Assembly: GCA_965203965.1 (NCBI GenBank)
Contig: CBDBDR010000017.1
Location: forward strand, 1-64,000
Length of the DNA stretch: 64,000 nucleotides
Source: Thermodesulfobacteriota bacterium
GTDB taxonomy: Bacteria > Desulfobacterota_D > UBA1144 > Nemesobacterales > JAJCZQ01
Reading direction: 5' to 3'
A program made the translations under genes and the position numbers. Every line of letters begins with the position of its first letter. Position 1 is the first letter of the stretch. Positions 57,976 to 64,000 of the stretch are shown here, one piece after another. The notes under the pieces are model-generated. The model saw only the letters and a program-made list of their open reading frames with translations. It was not told the DNA's origin and ran no database searches.

Positions 57976-60456
57976 ATGCCGGACGGTGTTACTACACAGC
58001 TTGACAAATTGGAAAAACCACTGACCTTTGCATCAGGGAATAATTTTTTAAACCTTTCCAGGATTAGGGATATGGAGGCAATAGTGTCTGATATTGTCCT
58101 GAACCTGACGTCGGGTGAAAAGGATCCCGCGATCAGAAATCACCTGCAAAACATAAGAGAAAATTTTAAGGGTTTTGATCTGCTTGAGCAGGAAGCTAAA
58201 AAGCAAGTTATTAGCAATGCGTTAAAAACGTTATCCCGAATGAGATCATTTAACAAAGAAAAAGATAATGTTCCAGGCTTGGTTACGCCTCAATATTGTG
58301 AAGAACGTTCCGGTCTTTCAGGGGTTGAATGTGGAATACGATACTTGAGGGGAGTTGGTGCCAGAATTGCGAGTGTTTTAGCGAAACGAGGGGTTACAAC
58401 GGTTGAAGACTTACTATTTTACTTCCCAAGGAAGTATGAAGACAGGAGAAACGTTCAGCCTATTTTGTCAGTCAAACACAACCATAAATGTATTGTAATT
58501 GGAGTTGTCTTATCAGCAAGACAGATCCGTGCAAGAAAGGGTGGTTTTTTTTATAAAGTTACGATTGCCGATGACACGGGAAAACTTGACCTGATCTGGT
58601 TTAGAGCCAATAGAAGATATATTCAGAACACTTATAGGAAAGGTGTAAAAGTAGTCGTTAGTGGTGAGGTTACGATCGATCGTTATGGTCATTCCCCAAA
58701 GATAATACATCCAAAACCTCAGGATATGGAAATTATAGAAGAGGGGTGGGAGGTTGAGGATCAAACTCATTTTAACAGGATCGTTCCCATATATCCTTTA
58801 ATGGAAGGGTTAGCGCAACGTAGAATAAGATCAATAATTAAAATGGTAATACAAGAATACGCGAGCCGTCTTACCTATTCAGTTCCCGAAAAACTTGTGA
58901 GTAAATTCTCATTGCTTAATTTGCCCGAAGCAATCATAGAGGCTCATTTTCCTGATAAGTTTGAAAAGGTCGTTGATCTTGATGACCCGGGACAGGTCGC
59001 GGGCTCTCTACCTCATAAGACCATAATCTTTTTTGAATTTCTCATGCTTCAGCTTGGGCTTGGACTTAAAAAGCGGAGTATCGTAAAGAAAAAAGGAGTT
59101 TCTTTCAAAAATAACGGGGAAATAGCCAGTCAATTTATAAACAGTTTGCCATTTGGTCTGACAGTTGCCCAGCTCAAAGTGATAGAAGAAATAAAGAATG
59201 ATATGAATTCGGAAACACCAATGAACAGGCTTGTTCAGGGAGACGTTGGGAGTGGTAAGACCATTGTGTCAATAGTATCAATGCTTATTGCGGTGGAGAG
59301 TGGCTATCAATCCGTTCTAATGGCGCCTACGGAGATATTGTGTGAGCAGCATTACAGGTCAATAGTTAATTATCTTAGTGATTTTGATATAAATATTGTT
59401 TTGCTGAAAAGTGCCTTGAACGTTGCTGAAAAACGAAGGGTCATTCAATCTATCAAAAGCGGTGAGTCGCAAATTGTGGTTGGCACACACGCTTTAATAG
59501 AAGATGGAGTTGAGTTCAGCAAGTTGGGACTTGTAGTTATTGATGAGCAACACAGGTTCGGGGTTATGCAGAGAGCAAAATTAATGGATAAAGCCGACAA
59601 TCCAGACGTTCTTGTACTAACTGCAACGCCGATACCAAGAACACTTGCTATTACGGTTTATGGTGATCTGGACACCTCTTTTATTGATGAATTACCCGCG
59701 GGTAGGAAAAAAGTCACAACCCTTCATTACAGGGATAGTGAGAGTAGCAGGTCTGAGCTATACGGACTACTTGAATCTGAATTGAGAGACGGACGACAGG
59801 GATACGTTATATGTCCTTTCATTAATGAATCAGATAATCCGGAACTCAAGCACGTTAAATATATGGGAAGTGTTTACGATGATCTAAAAAGTAATATTTC
59901 TCCCAAATTTGACATTGGTTTGTTGCATGGACAGATGGATTCAGATGAGAAAGAAGAGGTTATGAAGAAATTTTTAGACAATGAGTTCAATATACTGGTT
60001 TCAACCACAGTGATTGAGGTAGGGGTTGACGTGCCAAATGCAACGTTCATGGTAATTGAGAACGCCGAGCGTTACGGTTTGTCGCAACTGCATCAGCTAA
60101 GGGGAAGAATAGGGAGGGCTGAACTGAAATCATTTTGTGTATTGATCTCAAGTAGTTTTGTATCCGAAGACGCTGAAAAGAAGTTGAATATAATGACCGA
60201 AACCTATGATGGTTTTAAGATTGCAGAGACAGATCTACAAATGAGGGGGCCGGGTGATTTCCTCGGGACAAAGCAGTCCGGAATACCGCAATTCAGATTG
60301 GCAAATTTAGTGAGAGACTGGCAACTGCTAAACAAGGCAAGAGATGCAGCCTTTGAACTGCTTGCCGAGGACCCTAATTTGGATAAGTATGATGAACTGA
60401 AAAGATACGTTAAATCCAGATGGGAGAACGTCCTCGGATTTAGGTTAATATCTTGA
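57976..60456 (+). CDS. recG: ATP-dependent DNA helicase RecG with N-terminal extension
   Basis: QGDVGSGKT, DEQHRFG, TATPIPRT, QLHQLRGRIGR, RGPGDFLG. Confidence 0.98.
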   Translation: MPDGVTTQLDKLEKPLTFASGNNFLNLSRIRDMEAIVSDIVLNLTSGEKDPAIRNHLQNIRENFKGFDLLEQEAKKQVISNALKTLSRMRSFNKEKDNVPGLVTPQYCEERSGLSGVECGIRYLRGVGARIASVLAKRGVTTVEDLLFYFPRKYEDRRNVQPILSVKHNHKCIVIGVVLSARQIRARKGGFFYKVTIADDTGKLDLIWFRANRRYIQNTYRKGVKVVVSGEVTIDRYGHSPKIIHPKPQDMEIIEEGWEVEDQTHFNRIVPIYPLMEGLAQRRIRSIIKMVIQEYASRLTYSVPEKLVSKFSLLNLPEAIIEAHFPDKFEKVVDLDDPGQVAGSLPHKTIIFFEFLMLQLGLGLKKRSIVKKKGVSFKNNGEIASQFINSLPFGLTVAQLKVIEEIKNDMNSETPMNRLVQGDVGSGKTIVSIVSMLIAVESGYQSVLMAPTEILCEQHYRSIVNYLSDFDINIVLLKSALNVAEKRRVIQSIKSGESQIVVGTHALIEDGVEFSKLGLVVIDEQHRFGVMQRAKLMDKADNPDVLVLTATPIPRTLAITVYGDLDTSFIDELPAGRKKVTTLHYRDSESSRSELYGLLESELRDGRQGYVICPFINESDNPELKHVKYMGSVYDDLKSNISPKFDIGLLHGQMDSDEKEEVMKKFLDNEFNILVSTTVIEVGVDVPNATFMVIENAERYGLSQLHQLRGRIGRAELKSFCVLISSSFVSEDAEKKLNIMTETYDGFKIAETDLQMRGPGDFLGTKQSGIPQFRLANLVRDWQLLNKARDAAFELLAEDPNLDKYDELKRYVKSRWENVLGFRLIS

Positions 60457-60505
60457 CTTTGTTTTTTAGTTGGATTCCAAGACGTGTTTGTTAAAAACCT
60501 TTGTA

Positions 60506-61735
60506 TTACCCTTCAATAAGCAGTGATTCTGGATCTTCTATCAAATCTTTTATTTTTACAAGAAATTGTACAGCTTCCTTACCGTCCACGATCCTATGGT
60601 CGTAGCTTAGTGCGGTATACATCATAGGTCTGATAATTATTTCACCGTCTTCCACAATGGGTCTTTCTGCTATTTTATGCAGTCCCAAAATACCAACTTG
60701 TGGCGGGTTGATAATGGGTGTGCTCATAAGTGAGCCAAAAACCCCACCGTTGGTTATTGAAAATGTACCGCCCATCAGATCGTCAAGTGATAACTTTCCT
60801 TCATTTGATTTAACCGCAAATTCTTTTATTCCTTTTTCTATTTCTGCAAGACTTTTCCTGTCTGCGTCCCGTAATACCGGGACAACGAGTCCTTCATCTG
60901 CACCGATTGCAATGCCAATGTCGTAGTAGTTTTTATATACTATAGTATCATTTTGAACTTCTGCATTTAACTGAGGGAACTCCTTCAGTGCCGCTATACA
61001 TGCTTTTACAAAAAAGCATGAAAATCCCATGCTGACGCCGTACTTCTCTTTAAATTCTTCTTTTTTTCGTTTCCTCAGTTCCATTACTTTGTGCATGTCA
61101 ACTTCATTAAAAGTTGAAAGTATCGCTGCAGTTTGCTGAGCTTCCTTGAGCCGTCTTGCGATTGTTCTGCGGCGACGAGACATCTTCACCTTGTTTTCAC
61201 GATTTGAGTTGATCTTTGAAAGTGAAGGGAACAGTTCTGAAAAATTCGTATGTTCCGACTCCGTATTATTTCTGGATCCGATATATGATTCCACGTCTTC
61301 CTTTGTGATTTTATTACCCGTGCCTGTTGCTTCAACGTCGGATAGATCAATCTTATTTTGTTTCGCTATATTTTTTGCCACAGGGGTTGCTCTAACCTCA
61401 AGTTTTTCTCTTTTTACGTTTGTTATCTCTGCGCTTTGTGGGGTATGGGTATCTTTTACGGTTTTTTCAGGGTTGCTTTTGCCGATGGCTTGTTCATCTG
61501 AAGGTTCAATCTGTCCCAGTGTATCTCCTACTTTAACGTCCTCTTCGGCTTTTTTCGAAATTTTAGACAGTAAGCCACTGATTTGGGCTGCAACCTCAAA
61601 ATTAGCCTTCTCTGTTTCAAGCTCAACAACAGTCTCTCCGAGCTTTACATAGTCCCCTTCCTGCTTTACCCATCTTATGATCGTTGCTTCTATGACGGAA
61701 TCACCAAGTTCTGGAACAGTTATGTTGGTAGCCAT
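60506..61735 (-). CDS. sucB: 2-oxoglutarate dehydrogenase E2
   Basis: Lipoyl domain ELETEK, E3-binding [27 protein letters not shown]. Confidence 0.97.
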   Translation of the reverse strand: MATNITVPELGDSVIEATIIRWVKQEGDYVKLGETVVELETEKANFEVAAQISGLLSKISKKAEEDVKVGDTLGQIEPSDEQAIGKSNPEKTVKDTHTPQSAEITNVKREKLEVRATPVAKNIAKQNKIDLSDVEATGTGNKITKEDVESYIGSRNNTESEHTNFSELFPSLSKINSNRENKVKMSRRRRTIARRLKEAQQTAAILSTFNEVDMHKVMELRKRKKEEFKEKYGVSMGFSCFFVKACIAALKEFPQLNAEVQNDTIVYKNYYDIGIAIGADEGLVVPVLRDADRKSLAEIEKGIKEFAVKSNEGKLSLDDLMGGTFSITNGGVFGSLMSTPIINPPQVGILGLHKIAERPIVEDGEIIIRPMMYTALSYDHRIVDGKEAVQFLVKIKDLIEDPESLLIEG

Positions 61736-61751
61736 TTTTTCCTCTCTTATA

Positions 61752-64000
61752 TTAATAGATATTCCATGCTATGCCACTTTCCTCAATTCTGCTTACCACT
61801 TTCTTGATACTGAACGCTTGTTCAATTATCAGTTGTTGATTGACTTTGTGCATGGAGGACGAGCCCTCGGCAGGACTAGAATTGCGTTTTCTGCCTATGT
61901 AGTGGATGGGGTTCTGATAATTTGTTATTTTCCTTCTCAGGAAAGGGAGCATGTATTTCCACGCTCCCATGTTTTGAGGTTCTTCCTGAACCCATACCAG
62001 TTCTTTAATATTTGGATATCTTGAAACTACTTCCCTGATCTCTTCCTTGGGACGAGGGTAAAGTTGCTCTACTCTTGCAATGGCGATTTCAGGATGTTTT
62101 GCTCTGATCTGGCTGGAGGTCAGATCAAGGTATATCTTTCCACTGCACAGTATAAGCCTTGTTACCTTTACGGCTTGTTTATCACCCATAGGGTCGTCAA
62201 TTACAGGCATCCATTTGTTCTTTGAGAAGTCATTTAGAGATGAGGCAACTTTTGGATTTCTCAACAACCCTTTTGGTGTCATTACAACAAGCGGCAGGGG
62301 ATCAGTTTTAACTATAAGTGCCTGTCTCCTAATCAGATGGAAAAATTGTGCTGAAGTAGTGCAGTTGGCAATCCTAATGTTATGCTCACCTGCCATCATT
62401 AAAAACCTTTCAAGCCTCCCGCTTGAGTGGTCGGGTCCCTGTCCTTCATAAGCGTGCGGAAGTAGCAAGACAAGGGAAGGGGTCTGCCCCCATTTTGCTC
62501 TGGCTGATACAATATATTCATCAATTATTATTTGTGCACCATTGATGAAGTCACCATACTGGGCTTCCCATACCATAAGTGTATCGGATCTCTGAACGTC
62601 GTATCCATATTCAAAACCTATGCAGGCATTTTCGCTCAATGGGCTGTTGTGTATTTCAAAAGATGCTTTTGCCTGTGGAATGTTCTGTAAAGGAATAAAT
62701 ATCTTACCATCATCAGAATCGTGCAAAACTGCATGCCTGTGGCTGAAAGTTCCTCGCTCGGTGTCTTGTCCCGTAATTCGTATTGGTATCCCATCGGCAA
62801 GGATAGAAGCATAAGCCAAATCCTCAGCCGTTGCCCAGTCAATTGTTGCAGCCCCAGGATCATTCATAATATTGATTCGTTTGTCTCTGTTTTTTTTGAT
62901 TTTATCGTTCACCATAAAATTTTCAGGAACTTGAAGCAATGATTTGTTCAATTCCTTCAAAAGTTTGGCGGGAACTGAGGTCTTTGTTGTTTGGGCAGTG
63001 CGTGGCAAGGGAGGTGTGGACTGGGTCTCCTCGGGCATATCGTCTGGAGTCAGCGACTCATATTCTTTGTGCAGGGTCTCATTCTGCTCTCGAACAAGTT
63101 GATCTGCAAGAGTTTCATTTATTACGTTTCTCTTTATGAGTCTGTTAGCCCATATTTCTCTGACCGTCGGGTGAGAGTTTACCTTTGAATACATCGCGGG
63201 CTGTGTAAATGAAGGCTCATCAGCTTCGTTGTGACCATGTCTCCTGTAACCAACCAGATCTATCAGGAAGTCTTTTTTGAAATTTCTTATATATGCAAAA
63301 GCCAATCTTATTGTTTCTATACATGCTTCTGGGTCGTCAGCATTGACGTGGACTATGGGTATTTCAAATCCTTTTGCCAGATCGCAACTGTATAAAGTAC
63401 TTCTTGCGTCGGAGGGTAAAGTGGTATAACCCAACTGGTTATTAGTGATAATGTGTATTGTCCCCCCGGTATAGTACCCATTTAGCCTTGATAGATTCAG
63501 GGTTTCTGCGTTAATACCCTGACCTGGGAAAGCTGCGTCTCCATGTATCTGAACGGGAATAGCTATTGATGGATTGAATTCCGGTTCGCCCGGTTTATCA
63601 GATACTGTTCCCGCAGCTCTTGCCATTCCCTGAACAACTGGGTTCACGGATTCCAGATGGCTTGGGTTGGGAGCGAGGTTAATTATCATGTTTATGGTTC
63701 TGCCGTTGTCAACTGATCTGCTTGCAGATTCATGGTATTTGACGTCACCAGTCCACCCCATATCATCTCTGAAATCTCTTTCAAGCACGGGATCCTTAAA
63801 TTTAATGAAGGTGTGTTTGTAAGTTTTATTCAGAACGTGATGCATTACGTTCAGCCTGCCGCGATGTGCCATTCCCAGGATGATATTGTGAATATCATCT
63901 TTTGCGGCTAAAGATATCAGTTCATTCAACATCGGGACGACTAGGTCAACACCTTCAATAGAAAACCTGAATTTGCCCGGGAAAATCCTTTGAAGAAAAT
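61752..64000 (-). CDS. sucA: 2-oxoglutarate dehydrogenase E1 (5' end beyond window)
   Basis: [29 protein letters not shown]; frame open to window edge ([11 protein letters not shown]). Confidence 0.98.
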   Translation of the reverse strand, partial: FLQRIFPGKFRFSIEGVDLVVPMLNELISLAAKDDIHNIILGMAHRGRLNVMHHVLNKTYKHTFIKFKDPVLERDFRDDMGWTGDVKYHESASRSVDNGRTINMIINLAPNPSHLESVNPVVQGMARAAGTVSDKPGEPEFNPSIAIPVQIHGDAAFPGQGINAETLNLSRLNGYYTGGTIHIITNNQLGYTTLPSDARSTLYSCDLAKGFEIPIVHVNADDPEACIETIRLAFAYIRNFKKDFLIDLVGYRRHGHNEADEPSFTQPAMYSKVNSHPTVREIWANRLIKRNVINETLADQLVREQNETLHKEYESLTPDDMPEETQSTPPLPRTAQTTKTSVPAKLLKELNKSLLQVPENFMVNDKIKKNRDKRINIMNDPGAATIDWATAEDLAYASILADGIPIRITGQDTERGTFSHRHAVLHDSDDGKIFIPLQNIPQAKASFEIHNSPLSENACIGFEYGYDVQRSDTLMVWEAQYGDFINGAQIIIDEYIVSARAKWGQTPSLVLLLPHAYEGQGPDHSSGRLERFLMMAGEHNIRIANCTTSAQFFHLIRRQALIVKTDPLPLVVMTPKGLLRNPKVASSLNDFSKNKWMPVIDDPMGDKQAVKVTRLILCSGKIYLDLTSSQIRAKHPEIAIARVEQLYPRPKEEIREVVSRYPNIKELVWVQEEPQNMGAWKYMLPFLRRKITNYQNPIHYIGRKRNSSPAEGSSSMHKVNQQLIIEQAFSIKKVVSRIEESGIAWNIY

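Overview
AT-rich bacterial chromosomal window. Gene order is Deltaproteobacteria-like (possibly Dadabacteria; inferred, not tested). Most of it is housekeeping: uvrA, secA, smc, a lone nuoM, pterin and heme genes, a PTS-Ntr cluster, leuCD, eno, purM, surE, tRNA-Pro, dapA, asd, etfAB, dprA, topA, recG, sucAB. The main accessory element is a complete type II-B CRISPR-Cas locus (about 25.5-33.3 kb): a 1671-aa Francisella-like Cas9, cas1-cas2-cas4, a recognisable tracrRNA and a 3-repeat array. Unusual points in this locus: (i) Cas9 appears to lack both PAM-reading arginines of FnCas9, including a natural equivalent of R1556A; (ii) a 31-aa relic of a second, divergent cas1 overlaps the cas9 stop; (iii) an orphan DUF2442 gene, with a broken DUF4160-like tail, is coupled to the intact cas1; (iv) the array has no 5' leader and starts 6 bp after a host ORF. 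Other signals not in the ORF track: a decayed rpoN (sigma54) 3' end upstream of hpf, a 5'-truncated island gene at the tRNA-Pro 3' end, a recent 168-bp duplication in topA, and a roughly 50-aa insert in SecA. Comparisons to outside sequences are from memory and need alignment.
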